64,000 bases of DNA. It comes from the human T2T-CHM13v2.0 reference genome, Homo sapiens. The notes under the pieces were generated by a model. That model did not search any database, had not been told where the DNA came from, and saw only the letters and a program-made list of their open reading frames with translations. The translations under genes were made by a program, and so were the position numbers. The DNA lies in assembly GCF_009914755.1 (NCBI RefSeq), contig NC_060926.1; one strand, written 5' to 3'. Below are positions 14,992 through 31,379 of the stretch, one piece after another (position 1 is the stretch's first letter; each line of letters opens with the position of its first letter).

Positions 14992-15293
14992 TGGCCAGGC
15001 ACAGAGGCTCATGCCTGTAATCCCAACACTTTGGGAGGCTGAGGTGGTGGATCACCTGAGGTCAGGAGTTCGAGACCAGCCTGGCCAAGATGGTGAAACC
15101 CTGTCTCTACTAAAAATACAAAAATTAGCTGGGCTTGGTGGTGAGCATCTGTAATCCCAGCTATTTGGGAGGCTGAGGCAGGAGAATCACTTTAACTGGG
15201 AGGCAGTGATTGTAGTGAGCCAAGATCATGCCACTGCACTCCAGCCTGGGCCACAGAGTGAGACTCTGTCTCAAAAAAAAAAGAAAAAAAAAA
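14992..15293 (+). mobile_element. AluSx-like
   Basis: Forward dimer with A tail. Confidence 0.92.
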
Positions 15294-15347
15294 TAGTCAC
15301 TATTTTCTCAGGAAAATTACAGAGGAAACTAGAGACTTGCATGATGT

Positions 15348-15361
15348 GTTGTCATGGCAAC
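15348..15361. promoter_or_regulatory. RFX X-box motif
   Basis: GTTGTCATGGCAAC is one mismatch from the palindrome GTTGCCATGGCAAC and lies in non-repeat sequence. Confidence 0.55.
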
Positions 15362-16008
15362 GGCTGCCCATGTCGATTCCCAGCAACAGGATCTGTTATT
15401 GAAGCGAGCACAAATGTTAGTCTGCTGCCACCCGCCAGGGGTCAGTTTGCGAATGATGTCTCTCTTGAGGGCTAATCAATACGGCCATTAGCTTCCCAGA
15501 CAGAGACCACAGCAATGGCAAGCCATGTGAAGCTGACACATTATCTTTATTTCCCATTCTAGTTGAAGCTCTGATGGCAGCACACCAGTCTTCTTTGTTC
15601 AATGACATTTTATCTGTGAGCCGTAAAGACTTTACTTCCCACAGCTGACCCAAAATGTTCGATTGGGACAAAACCCAATGGATTGCTACTTTCAAGAGAA
15701 ATCAAGGTTCTAAGTTTACAGAGAACAGCCATTGTTGGTGTGGTCAGCAGCAAACAGGGTGATGGGAAAGGATAGTGAAACCAGGAGGATTAAAAGAACA
15801 AACACATGTGATGGAGAATGACTCTCTACACAAACATGTTAGGAGAGTCTGGCCTGCTGTCAAGAAGCTCCAGAGTCCTGCTGATAATTACTGTTCCCCC
15901 ATCCCCCCAAAGGCACAATCTGGACAGAATATGCTCTTACATCCCCCCAGACCCTGGGGCATAAACATCTTTAAAACCCAAACCAAATTCTACATAAAAC
16001 TGGCCAAA

Positions 16009-16337
16009 TCCCATAAAATTGACCTTGAAAACTGACCCAGGGCAGATCCAGGTTTCAGTTTGGAGTAGTCTGATGCTTGTACAGTTTTGAGCGCTCTCTT
16101 TAGAAAGAGAATGCAAGATTACAAATGTAAAATTAAGTACAAAAGTGAATATTTAAACAGAACAAGAAATCACACCAAATTATAAATTTTGAAAAGATGA
16201 GAAATGTCCCAAATATCCCCAAATATAAAACAATAATGATTTTTTAAAAGTATAATTTCCAATTTATTTTTTTCCCAGAGTATAACGTTTCTTCCATCTC
16301 TAAAGGTTCAGCTCCTTACATGGGCTTTGGTGGAGGT
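16009..16337 (+). repeat. Copy B of the diverged ~330-bp local direct duplication
   Basis: See copy A; offset about 4148 bp. Confidence 0.9.
16245..16337 (-). pseudogene. RPS26P: Second partial copy of the RPS26 pseudogene 3' end (last codons PPPKPM* plus 3'UTR)
   Basis: CAGCTCCTTACATGGGCTTTGGTGGAGGT is the reverse complement of the RPS26 stop region; part of the 16009-16337 duplication. Confidence 0.85.
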
Positions 16338-16477
16338 GAAAGGTGACCTGATAAATAAGGTTCTACTACTCCAAAAATAGAATAATGGTTTATATATCAG
16401 AATTCTTCAAAGCCTAGAGAAGGTATCCATTTAGGGAATGTCAGTTCAAGGATTAAATGCAAATCTTAGTATTCAGT

Positions 16478-16808
<331 letters not shown>

Positions 16809-17249
16809 TAAATAACTCAGATTTGATTTCTTCTTATGGGTTTGCTGGAAGTAAAAATCACATTCACAACCACTGAAGCCAGACATTTGATTACTCTTAA
16901 CAATTAACAGTATTATTTATTAGGAAAGTAATGCTGTAAGAGTCAGCAAAATGGGGCCTGGCTTCCCGGGGCTTTGTCCTAGTCAGCAACTTGCCTTGCA
17001 CTGCCCTCTTCCTGCCACCTGTGTCCAGCCTGAGCAAGAAAAGATCTGATGCTCAGGGAATCCCTCATTGGGAAAATTTAAATATGGACCGTATAGTAGA
17101 TGATAATATTGAAATTAGGTTATCTTTTTATTAGATGTGATGATGGTAATGTGATAATGTAGGTGAATGTTCTTATTTTTAGGTGAGGCGTGGGGAATGT
17201 TTCCGGATGGAATTTTCTATGTCTTCAACTTACTTTCAAAAAAACAATA

Positions 17250-17894
17250 CAGCAAGTCCTCAAATAAGTCTCTTTGTTCAACGTCGTTTTGTTCAGTGTG
17301 AGAAAAATGATGAGAAAAAAAATCATTCCTGGAAATATATTCCTGGTCAGGGCCACTGTCTGTGTAGAGTTGCACGTTCTCCTCACGTCTGTGGGATTTT
17401 TCTCCAGGTGATCCAGTTTCCTCCCACGTTCCAAGGCTGTGCACATTTAGTTCACTGGCGGGTCCACGTGGTGGCACTGTGAGTGAGTGGGTGCTTGTGG
17501 GGGTGTGAGAGTGCACCCTGCCACGGGACTGCGGACTGTCCGGGGCTGGTTGTCACCTTGTGCCCTGAGCTGCCAGGATGGGCTCTGGCCACCTGTGACA
17601 TTAAACTGGAGTAAGGGGGCAAATCATTATCTTACTAGTTTTTATTCATCTTTCTTTTTTTTTAAATTCATCTTTCTTAAATGTGTATATAGCTCACATT
17701 TATCTCAGTGTCTAATACTATGTGTTTTGGGCTTCAGAAGTTTGGTGATGTTTTTGTGACCAGAAATATGCTGAAGAAACTTAACTCTAGTTTATATCAA
17801 TCAGCCTGTGGTAAAATTGGCTTTGTTATAAGTTGTTTCTCTGAAAGTTGAAGTTTCCAAGAACTTATTGACAACTTTAAGTGAGGACTTACTG
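17250..17894. mobile_element. MER6/MER6A (TcMar-Tigger) non-autonomous DNA transposon
   Basis: TIRs CAGCAAGTCCTC...GAGGACTTACTG preceded by TA; characteristic internal GC-rich core (GTTTCCTCCCAC). Confidence 0.85.
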
Positions 17895-18136
17895 TGTATG
17901 GAAAAAGAGATAGAGATGTGAGACAGAGAGAGAGAGGTGGGAGGAGACAGGCAATGTGGCAAAAGTTAAAATTATTTGATCTCAGTGAAGAATATATGGC
18001 TGTTAATTATATCATTCTTTCAACTTTTTTGAAGGCTTGAAGTTTTTCAAAATAAAATGTTGGGAAAAATATGTATATATATATATAAAGACTATGTATA
18101 GCCTCTGACCTCTGGTGACTCTAAAAGTTTCTTTGA

Positions 18137-18442
<306 letters not shown>

Positions 18443-19542
18443 CAGCCACTTTTACATTTTTTGCAGAACTGGAAGGCTAACACTCATAAAGACCTCTGCA
18501 CTAGACATGTGGTGGTCAGTTATTGATTAGTTCAGGCCTTGTTCCTCTAAAACCTACACAGTGAGGGCAGGCAGGGGAGAGTGAGCTGTGGGGAGGACTT
18601 CAGATGGGAGAGGGAGAGCCAAAGGTGGCTGTTCCCTTGGCTCATGAGTCTCACAAGCGGGTGTGGGAAGTGGGTAGTTAAGCATAAAATATTCTCCAAA
18701 GAATATAAGGTATTTAGGAGATTAACATATTTCTCTTTTCTATATTTTGCTGCATCATTTATTATCATTTTGGTCTGAGAACCAGGTCTGTTTCCCTCAT
18801 TTCAAAGAGCAACTTATTACATCAAGGAGCTGGAACTAGCATCCTAGGAGTTTCCAATGGGAAAGACAAATTGTGTGTGTGTGTGCACGCGCGCGCAAGT
18901 GCGTGTTTGCTAGGCATTTGAAACAAGCGCAGACTGCTACAGGTTCATAGATGAAGCCAGTGTTTCCTAAACTCTTGTTCCCATTTAAACTGAAGGATTT
19001 TTGTGGTCAAATGTTTGGAGACACTGCATATTAAATTATCTTCTTCAGATTCAAAGCACATTTGTAAATTATAATTCTGGGAAGTCCCACAAAAAGGAAA
19101 CCTGGGTAAATGGTTTAGCACAGGATTTTCCAAACTTACCAGGATACTTATAAAACATTATGCCATAGGATACCCAGATCTACAGGCAACTAGTAGAGCT
19201 ATTTTAAAATAATTATAGATTAACGTTTTCTACTAAATTCTGACAGTCTATGAGCAATTACTTTCTCAGAAGCAGCCTTTGCACACACTATTGTGTTTAA
19301 GGTATGGGTAAGAATAGGCCAGTTAGAGTTTAAGGAACCAATGTAACATGAATAGAAATCATCAATGAAAACAAAGCATTTGAAAATTATAATATTAATC
19401 CATGGGAAAGTTTGCATTAGGGAAACACACTTGTACACATGTCCAGACAAATATCTGTTTTAGAAATTAAAGTGTACATTTGTTATTTTTGGATGCTAAA
19501 TGTTTCTAATCTTCTTGGCATTGACCTGCTAGTTTCATTCAC

Positions 19543-19838
19543 TTTTTTTCTTTTCTTTTTTTTGAGATAGGATTTCACTTTGTCACTCAGGCTGAATTAC
19601 AGTGGCGCCATCATGGCTCTCTGCAGCCTTGATCTCCCCAGGCTCAAGTGACCCTCCCTCCTTAACCTCCCCAGTAGCTAGGATTATAGACATGTGCCAC
19701 CATGCCTGGCTAATTTTTTCGTATTTTTTGTAGAGATGGGGTTTCACCACATTGCCCAGACTAGTCTCAAACTTCTGGGCTCAAGCAATCTGTCTGCCTT
19801 GGCCTCCCACAGTGCTGGGATTACAGGTGTGAGCCACC
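19543..19838 (-). mobile_element. AluJ
   Basis: Reverse dimer. Confidence 0.9.
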
Positions 19839-21506
19839 TAATTTCATTCTTGAATACACCTCTTTCTGCTATTATCTCCTTCTTCATTATTGCCCCCAAC
19901 TTTTCCTTAAAAGTATTGCTCAAGACATATGGATGGGTGAATAAGTGGATAAAGGGACGGACAGATGGATGGATAGGTAGCAGGACATTAAAACTGAAGT
20001 TTCAACCAAGATACTGAGAAAAAATAGATGTAAGATGCTAGAGACAGATTCCCGAACATGAAATTTACAAAGGAAATTTTTCCAAGACTCTCACACAGAT
20101 TAAGGATATAAAAGTGGCAGGGGAAGAAGAGCAGTTAGATTATGCAAAGATGGGAGAACTTTTTGGAGGAGGAGTTCTTCAGAGAAGGTTGTGCTGTGAC
20201 ACAGATCCTACCTCACCAAGTAAGGGGTACTTCCAGTAGATTCTTTGGACAGTTTAATACATGGCCCCTGCAGCTGGGAGTCTTTGTGGACTGGCGTCTA
20301 ACTCCTCTCTGGAAAGGTGAGAAGAGGAGGGATTAGCAACTCTTCTAGTGGAGCCAAAAGCGTGTTGCTAGGTTAGAATCAGCCTGTATTCCAGAGAGTG
20401 TTAGGGCAAAGTAATGTGTTTTCCCCATTCCTCAGAAGAGGCCCAGAGAGAGAAAGCCAGCATGAGGTCATGTTGGATCATGTTCAACAGGACTACTTAG
20501 AGGAGTGGAGGGACCTCAGCTTCAAGAAGCAGGAGGCAAGCTGGATTACTGTGAAATGGGTCACAGGCCACTGTCCCTCCTGCTGCAATGAAAGGGGCCC
20601 CACAGGGAGTCTCAAAGGAGCCCGTACGTTATTCACCAGAGAGTCAACCTCAGGTGTCTGCCAGGGCCTGCGAGCACAAAGCCTCTTACTCTGCCCTCTC
20701 CATCTCCTCAGCGGGGTCAGAGACTGACTGGCAAACTGAGCCTGGGGTGGAGGTGGAGGGAGAGAAGACAACCACACCCCCTTTCTCACGGCAGGCTTCC
20801 AGTCTGCCCCAGGGCCAAGCTGCACAGGAAGAAGAATCGCCTCTAAATCAACTTCCGAATTCTGTTCAACATCTTGGACTGGATATTCTAATTATTGAAT
20901 TGAGACTGTGGCTTAAAGTGACCATAGATTGGCCTATTAATTAAGATTAAGCTGAAAAGTTATGGAGTCTGCCAGAGTTTTCATTTCAGATCGGGGAAAG
21001 GTTATTCCCACTTAGTATATCAGAAAGAGTACAGTGAGGACAAGGACAAAGTTGTGTTTTGACCACACACATTCCTATCGGTCACCATAAAACATTCTAT
21101 TCTATCTGTATTCTGAAGCCCTACAGCCCACAATTGCATGTTCAACAGACAGCTGAAAGACTGTTAGATAAGACTATTAGATAAGAAAGTAAGAAAGATA
21201 AGATAGTAGGAAAGATCAATAAAGTGCATTAACAGGACTTCTATGCTAATAGGTTTCAGATATTTCTTGGGAAAACTAGAGCTGCTCTCGAAATGGAGTT
21301 GAGAAAGTTTGTTCTATCATTGGATTATTAGCTCCTTACAGCAAAGGACTAGCTCTTATTTATAATTTTACTTCCCAATATTTAGCTTAATTATTAGAGT
21401 TCAGAGCTGATACACTAAGCAGTCAATGAACCTTGAATAACAAATACTAATTGAATCAATGTGTTAACTTGCTAACTAAGTATTTATTTTTAATATTAAA
21501 AATGTT

Positions 21507-22961
<1,455 letters not shown>

Positions 22962-23686
22962 TTATCAAATCCCTCAACTCTGTTCCCCTCCTCTGTATCA
23001 TTGTCCTGGGCCACTCCATGCACGGGACTTCTTCCTCTGACTCTTGAGATCTGTTAGGCAGCACTTGCATAGACTTGTTCCTGTTTTCCATGTATTTGGA
23101 TGATTTTACCATCTACATGTTGGTGCTTTGAGGGTAGGAATTCTACACTAGACATCTTTGTTTCCATGATGTTGCCTTGGACACAATGAACGCTGACATA
23201 ATTGTTGATTGATTTAAAATACATTTTTCTATTTTTAAAATAGGCAGAGAAGAAACTCTACTAATGTTTCTCAACACCTACAAGAGCCTGCCTGTAATGA
23301 TTAAAAGGACAAAAGGGGTTATTTTATGTCTTAACTCAACATTTCAAAGCAGCTCAAAGGAGTATTTATCAAATGAAAAGAAGCAATCTCTGAATATTGA
23401 TTTAGTACATCTAAACTATAACTAAGTTGGAGGACAGGGGAAAGCATGTGTATATTGGGGTGGGGAACACAGGAAGAAAGCTAAATCCTCATTTTCCAAA
23501 ATAGTAGGAAATCAATATATACTTTCTAACATGGAAAAAAGATGAGAAAAAATGTTGCAGCATAAGCATTTTATATCCATGAAGGTAAATAACAAAAGGG
23601 CTATTTTTTTCTTTAATGGCCTCTGCAGATGCCCTTATCTCTTTTCTCTTCAAGTCCCTCTTAGAGCACATCTCACTCTCTTGATT

Positions 23687-23689
<3 letters not shown>

Positions 23690-23725
<36 letters not shown>

Positions 23726-24006
23726 TTGAGACAGAGTCTCACTCTGTCACCCAGGCTGGAGTGGTGGCACGATCTCGGCTCACTGCAACCTCCATCTCCT
23801 GGGTTCAAACAATTTTTCTGCATCAGCCTCCTGAGTAGCTAGGACTACAGTTGTGTGCCACCATGCCCGGCTAATTTGTGTGTTTTTGGTAGAGATGCGG
23901 TTTTGCCATGTTGGTCGGGCTGGTCTCGAACTCCTGATGTCAAGTGATCCACCCGTCTCGGCCTCCCAAAGTGCGGGGATTACAAGCGTCAGCCACTAAC
24001 CCCAGC
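23690..24006 (-). mobile_element. AluS with (TTTA)n tail
   Basis: Flanking repeat ACTCTCTTGATTTTA on both sides. Confidence 0.92.
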
Positions 24007-24449
24007 CAACTCTCTTGATTTTAAATGTCGCTCTAGATAGAGACATTTCTAGTTCCAGGTCTCTTTGTTTCTCATTTTTATACCTCAGAGATGCTGGTGG
24101 GAGGAGTACGAGCAAGACTGGAGAAAGAAAGTGTTTGTAATAGTCCGTGTGAGAAAGGAGGGGTGCCCAGACAAGGGCAGCAACTGTGGGGAAAGAGAGT
24201 GAGGCTGATTTAAAAGCCATTTAGGAGGGAGACTTTACAGAGCTATAAGGCAGCTATAGAGGGTGAGGGAGTTGGAGGACCCAAAGATGAACCAGGTTTC
24301 CAGCAGAGGTACTGGATGGTTGAAGAAGAAAGAGCAGTTTAAGGAAGGGAAAAAAATGTCAGTTCAGTTTTGAAGATGTTGAATTTGCAGTGCTGGGGAA
24401 CAATGGAATAGAGCTGTCTTATAGGCACTTTCATTTACAAGTGGGTTAT

Positions 24450-25365
24450 GAAAGAGGGAAGAATAGGGACAGGAACCACATTTCAGCAGGAAAAATGGAT
24501 CCTGATAATCAGGAGAAGTTGGGATTTCTGCTTCATGGTGGGACAGAGAAGAATATATTTGACACTCCGCTGATCCGTAGGAGCAGCTCTTCTTTCTCTC
24601 CTGCCCAGTTGTGATGGTAAGTGAACAATGTAGCCAACCTATGTTATCCTATAATCAGCCTTGGAACAGGGTTGGGTGACAAAGGGCTAAGATTTATCAG
24701 GGATGAGGAATGGAATCATCCACCAGTTAAGCCATCTAGAGCAGCATAGGTGCTAGGTGAGGGTGAGGGGAATCTAGAATTGGTAGTGGAAGAGGGAAAT
24801 GGAGTGTCTCAGAAGTGGCTTTGAGAGCAGCTACAGAGGGAAAGACTGTAACTTGGCCCCCTGACATTCTAGTAAGGTTCTCCTAATGGAACCAACCAGA
24901 AATCCAGGGTAGCTAATTTCAAATGGGGTGAACTTACTATAGAAGCAGGTGGGTTCCAGTGACATAGAGGGTGTACAGTGATGCATGCCATGGTGCTCTG
25001 CTCAGATCCCCACTTTAGGACCATGATGTTCATTCTCTGGCTGCCAGAAGTACTGGCTGCTTGACAACCTACCTTGAGTTCTTTTAGAATTGTCCTCAGC
25101 CAAAGAGAGTTGGCTTTCTAAGTTTATGTGCCCCAGGCTGCATCCAACGACCCATTGATGGTGGGGTACAATCGTTCAGAGTAGACAACTCTGAAGTGAG
25201 CTCTGAGCTCCCACTGGTTGGGCTGAGGCTTCTATTGTCGACTGCACAGCAGGTAAACTCCTCCTGCAGCTCAATTCTGCTGCCTTCACTGCTCCAGAGT
25301 TGTGTGCCTCCTACATGTAAGTCTCTGCCTGAGAGTCAGTTTCCCAGGGAACCTAACCTAAGACA
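24450..25365 (+). mobile_element. Old ERVL internal 3' remnant plus LTR16-like LTR (~24977-25365)
   Basis: LTR16-like motifs CTCAGATCCCC and the terminal GTTTCCCAGGGAACCTAACCTAAGACA. Confidence 0.6.
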
Positions 25366-25854
25366 TTAGGGCAATGCAAATGAGCTAAGTCCTCCCCCTT
25401 CACAGGAGGAAGTCAGCAGATAATATCTAAGGGTGATAAAAATCAATATGTAAAGGTGTAAGCATATTCTCTAGAGTTACACAGACAACTGCCGGAAGAA
25501 CTAAAAGTAGAAATATTGAAAAGAATATTGTCTCTGCAAAATGTGACTGCAGATTGATTAGGTGGGAGATTTGCTTTTCCTTCTAAGATTTTCTCAACTA
25601 CCGAAATTAATATCGTATGCAAATAGTACTTTGACTCAAATCTAATTTTAACATTAAAACAAGACTTTTGGAAACAACTAATGATAAAGAGGTAGTGAGT
25701 GAGGCAGAGAGAAGTAATAATGTTTGATTCAGAGGATGTGGCCTAGAATTCAGGTGCTGTTTCTGTGTCTGGGTACAGGTCACTTCCTCTTTTAGAGACT
25801 TGGTTTTCTCATCTGTCAAGTGGGAATAACAATGATATTAAATAAAAACCACTT

Positions 25855-26216
<362 letters not shown>

Positions 26217-26324
26217 TTAGTAAAGCTATGAAGAGCTGTCCTACTTAGGAGAATGAAGTACATGTTAGAGATACTGGCAATGTACAAAAACTACAAAAAA
26301 GTGGTTAATTCTGGCTGTGGATGA

Positions 26325-27029
<705 letters not shown>

Positions 27030-27074
27030 AAAATATTTTATTGTATTTTATTATTATTTTTTAATCTGTTTTTT

Positions 27075-29112
27075 TTTAAACTTCCTTTTTTTTTTTAATT
27101 GATCATTCTTGGGTGTTTCTCACAGAGGGGGATTTGGCAGGGTCATAGGACAATAGTGGAGGGAAGGTCAGCAGATAAACAAGTGAACAAAGGTCTCTGG
27201 TTTTCCTAGGCAGAGGACCCTGCGGCCTTCCGTGGTGTTTGTGTCCCTGGGTACTTGAGATTAGGGAGTGGTGATGACTCTTAACGAGCATGCTGCCTTC
27301 AAGCATCTGTTTAACAAAGCACATCTTGCACCGCCCTTAATCCATTTAACCCTGAGTGGACACAGCACATGTTTCAGAGAGCACAGGGTTGGGGGTAAGG
27401 TCACAGATCAACAGGATCCCAAGGCAAAATAATTTTTCTTAGTACAGAACAAAACGAAGTCTCCCATGTCTACTTCTTTCTACACAGACACGGCAACCAT
27501 CCGATTTCTCAATCTTTTCCCCACCTTTCCCCCACTTCTATTCCACCAAACCGCCATTGTCATCCTGGCCCGTTCTCAAGGAGCTGTTGGACACACCTCC
27601 CAGACGGGGTGGTGGCCGGGCAGAGGGGCTCCTCACTTCCCAGTAGGGGCGGCCGGGCAGAGGCGCCCCTCACCTCCCGGACGGGGCGGCTGGCTGGGCG
27701 GGGGGCTGACCCCCCCACCTCCCTCCCGGACGGGGCAGCTGGCTGGGCGGGGGGCTGACCCCACCACCTCCCTCCCGGACGGGGCGGCTGGCCGAGTGGG
27801 GGGCTGACCCCCCCACCTCCCTCCCAGATGGGGCGGCTGGCCGCGCGCGGGGCTGACCCCCCCACCTCCCTCCTGGACGGGGCGGCTGGCCGGGCAGAGG
27901 GGCTCCTCACTTCCCAGTAGGGGCGGCCGGGCAGAGGCGCCCCTCACCTCCCGGACGGGGCGGCTGGCCGGGCAGGGGGTTGACCCTCCCACCTCCCTCC
28001 CGGACGGGGCGGCTGGCCGGGCAGAGGGGCTCCTCACTTCCCAGTAGGGGCGGCCGGGCAGAGGTGCCCCTCACCTCCCGGACGGGGCGGCTGGCCGGGC
28101 GGGGGGCTGGCCCCCCACCTCCCTCCCGGATGGGGCGGCTGGCCGGGCGGGGGGCTGACCCCCCCACCTCCCTCCCGGATGGGGCGGCTGGCCGGGCGGG
28201 GGGCTGACCCCCCCACCTCCCTCCCGGACGGGGCGGCTGGCCGGGCGGGGGGCTGACCCCCACCTCCCTCCCGGACGGGGTGGCTGCGGGGCGGAGACGC
28301 TCCTCACTTCCCAGACGGGGTGGCTGCTGGGCGGAGGGGCTCCTCACTTCTCGGACGGGGCGGCTGCCGGGTGGAGGGGCTCCTCACTTCTCAGACGGGG
28401 CGGCCGGGCAGAGACGCTCCTCACCTCCCAGACGGGGCGGCGGAGCAGAGGCGCTCCCCACATCTCAGACGATGGGTGGCCGGGCAGAGACGCTCCTCAC
28501 TTCCTAGATGGGATGGCGGCCGGGAAGAGGCGCTCCTCACTTCCTAGATGGGATGGCGGCCGGGCAGAGACGCTCCTCACTTTCCAGACTGGGCAGCCAG
28601 GCAGAGGGGCTCCTCACGTCCCAGACGATGGATGGCCAGGCAGAGATGCTCCTCACTTCCCAGACGGGGTGGCGGCCTGGCAGAGGCTGTACTCTCGGCA
28701 CTTTGGGAGGCTAAGGCAGGCGGCTGGGAGGTGGAGGTTGTAGCGAGCCAAGATCACGCCACTGCACTCCAGCCTGGGCACCACTGAGCACTGAGTGAAC
28801 CAGACTCCATCTGCAATCCTGGCACCTCGGGAGGCCGAGGCTGGCGGATCCCTCGCGGTTAGGAGCTGGAGACCAGCCCGGCCAACACAGCGAAACCCCG
28901 TCTCCACCAAAAAAATACGAAAACCAGTCAGGTGTGGCAGTGCGCGCCTGCAATCACAGGCACTCGGCAGGCTGAGGCAGGAGAATCAGGCAGGGAGGTT
29001 GCAGTGAGCTGAGATGGCAGCAGTACAGTCCAGCCTTGGCTCGGCATCAGAGGGAGACCTGGAAAGAGAGGGAGAGGGAGACCGTGGGGAGAGGGAGAGG
29101 GGGAGGGGGAGC
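27075..29112 (-). mobile_element. Full-length SVA retrotransposon (SVA_D-like), antisense to ACYP2
   Basis: Minus-strand order: short CCCTCT-type hexamer region (~29062-29111), Alu-like domain (~28680-29060), GC-rich VNTR (~27600-28680), SINE-R (~27097-27590), poly(A). 13-bp TSD TAATCTGTTTTTT at 27062-27074 and 29113-29125 with a TT/AAAA L1-endonuclease site. Subfamily call is tentative. Confidence 0.97.
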
Positions 29113-29125
29113 TAATCTGTTTTTT

Positions 29126-29248
29126 AAAAATAGAGACGGGGTCTTGCTATGTTGGCCAGGTTGGTCTTGAACTCTTGACCTCAAGCAATCCTCTTGCCTC
29201 AGCCTCTCAAAGTGCTAGCCTTACACGCATGAGCCCCCACATCCAGCC
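29126..29248 (-). mobile_element. FLAM monomer whose tail is split by the SVA
   Basis: Monomer body right of the SVA; T-rich tail continues at 27043-27061; flanking repeat AAATATTTTATT at 27031-27042 and 29251-29262. Confidence 0.75.
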
Positions 29249-29399
29249 TGAAATATTTTATTTTAAAGGAATCTTTTTCAATTATTTTTAGCAAAGTAAT
29301 CCATGAACATAATTAAAAAGCAATAATTCAAAAGGGTTTATAATATCTTTCACCTCCTCCGAGTCTCTGTTCCAAGGTTACCTTTTTCAATGAGCTCTT

Positions 29400-29650
29400 C
29401 CCTGCACTTGCTATTTAAAACTACAGCTCTGGCCCCACTCCTGGTCCTTCTTAACCCACTTATTTCCTCACAGCACTTACCCACTTCTACATATTATAAC
29501 TTACTATGTCTATGGTTTGTTGTCTCTTTCCCCTGATGGGAATGTGAGCTCCATGAGGACAGGGACTTTGATCTGTTCTCTTCATTTCCCTAAAGTGTCT
29601 ACACAGTGTCTCATGCATTGCAGGACTCAGTAAGTATTCATTGAATAAAT
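29400..29650. mobile_element. L2 3' end
   Basis: GAATGTGAGCTCCATGAGGACAGGGAC...CTCAGTAAGTATTCATTGAATAAATGAA. Confidence 0.75.
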
Positions 29651-30068
29651 GAAAACTATGAAAAGCTTGCCAGCACCACTGTTCCCCAAATCCTATCCCA
29701 TTCCTCAGAGGCACCTGGTTACAAAAAATGACAATAACAACACAACAACAGTGTATTATTTTGGATTTTTTAAATCTAATTTTTGTTCTCACACTGTTAT
29801 AACATTTTGGAAATTTTCAAGCATACATGAAAGGAGGGAAAGGTATGGTGAACCCTAGGAATCTATTACACAGCTTCCACAATTTGCAACATTTGGCCAG
29901 CCTTGTTTCTCTGTCCCTCTTTATTCTCGGGGGAGGAAGGGGTGGTTTTGGAGCATTTTAAAGCAAATCTGAGACGTCATGTTATTTTAGCTAGAAATGC
30001 TTCCCTGTATCTATAACTGCAAAAGATATTTTTAACTCTAACCACCATGCTATTATTATACCTAATGA

Positions 30069-30505
<437 letters not shown>

Positions 30506-30947
30506 ACAATTTCTTAACATCATCTTATATCCAGTTCATTATTAAATTTTTCTGATTGTCTCAAAGTTCTAACAAAGGATCCCCCAATGAAGGGCCCACG
30601 TTGAATTTGATTGTTTCATTGTCTCCTGAATGTCCTTTTTTCTATAACTCATTTCCTCTCCCTGCCATTGATTCATTAGAGAAACGAGGGCAGTTGTCCC
30701 ATGGAATGTCCTATATTCTGGATTTGACTGATTGCTTTCTCATAGTGTCCTTTAACTTGTTCTCCCGAGGCAACTTCTTTGAACAGTTTCTGCTTTTAGT
30801 TCTTTTTGTGATTAGCTTGATATCTCCAAATATGTTGTTACTTGATTTAGATACCAAGATGGATGCAAATTTAGCTTGCTTGTCCTGCCTCCCTTCTCCC
30901 AACATAATTTGGTCACTAACCTCTGCTACTGTGCTGGTCCTCTCTGA

Positions 30948-31261
<314 letters not shown>

Positions 31262-31379
31262 TGATTGCAGACAATATCTTAGAACCTCTATTTGGTGTTC
31301 CATCAACCAAGAGTTGAGGATGTTTGTGCTTGGATGGTTCCCTTCACCTGCTGTTCCTTTTTTCTTTTTAACTGTTTCT

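Noticed and set aside
20398-20944. Three overlapping 109-118 aa ORFs
   Set aside because: No recognisable protein or splice structure; region looks like an ancient LTR, family not assignable with confidence (similar case at ~42800-43900).
27600-28680. Repeat array superficially like CRISPR or a novel satellite
   Set aside because: No unique spacers; it is the SVA VNTR in a primate genome.
27466-29007. Many overlapping Pro/Gly/Arg-rich ORFs
   Set aside because: Products of the stop-poor SVA VNTR and Alu-like domains.
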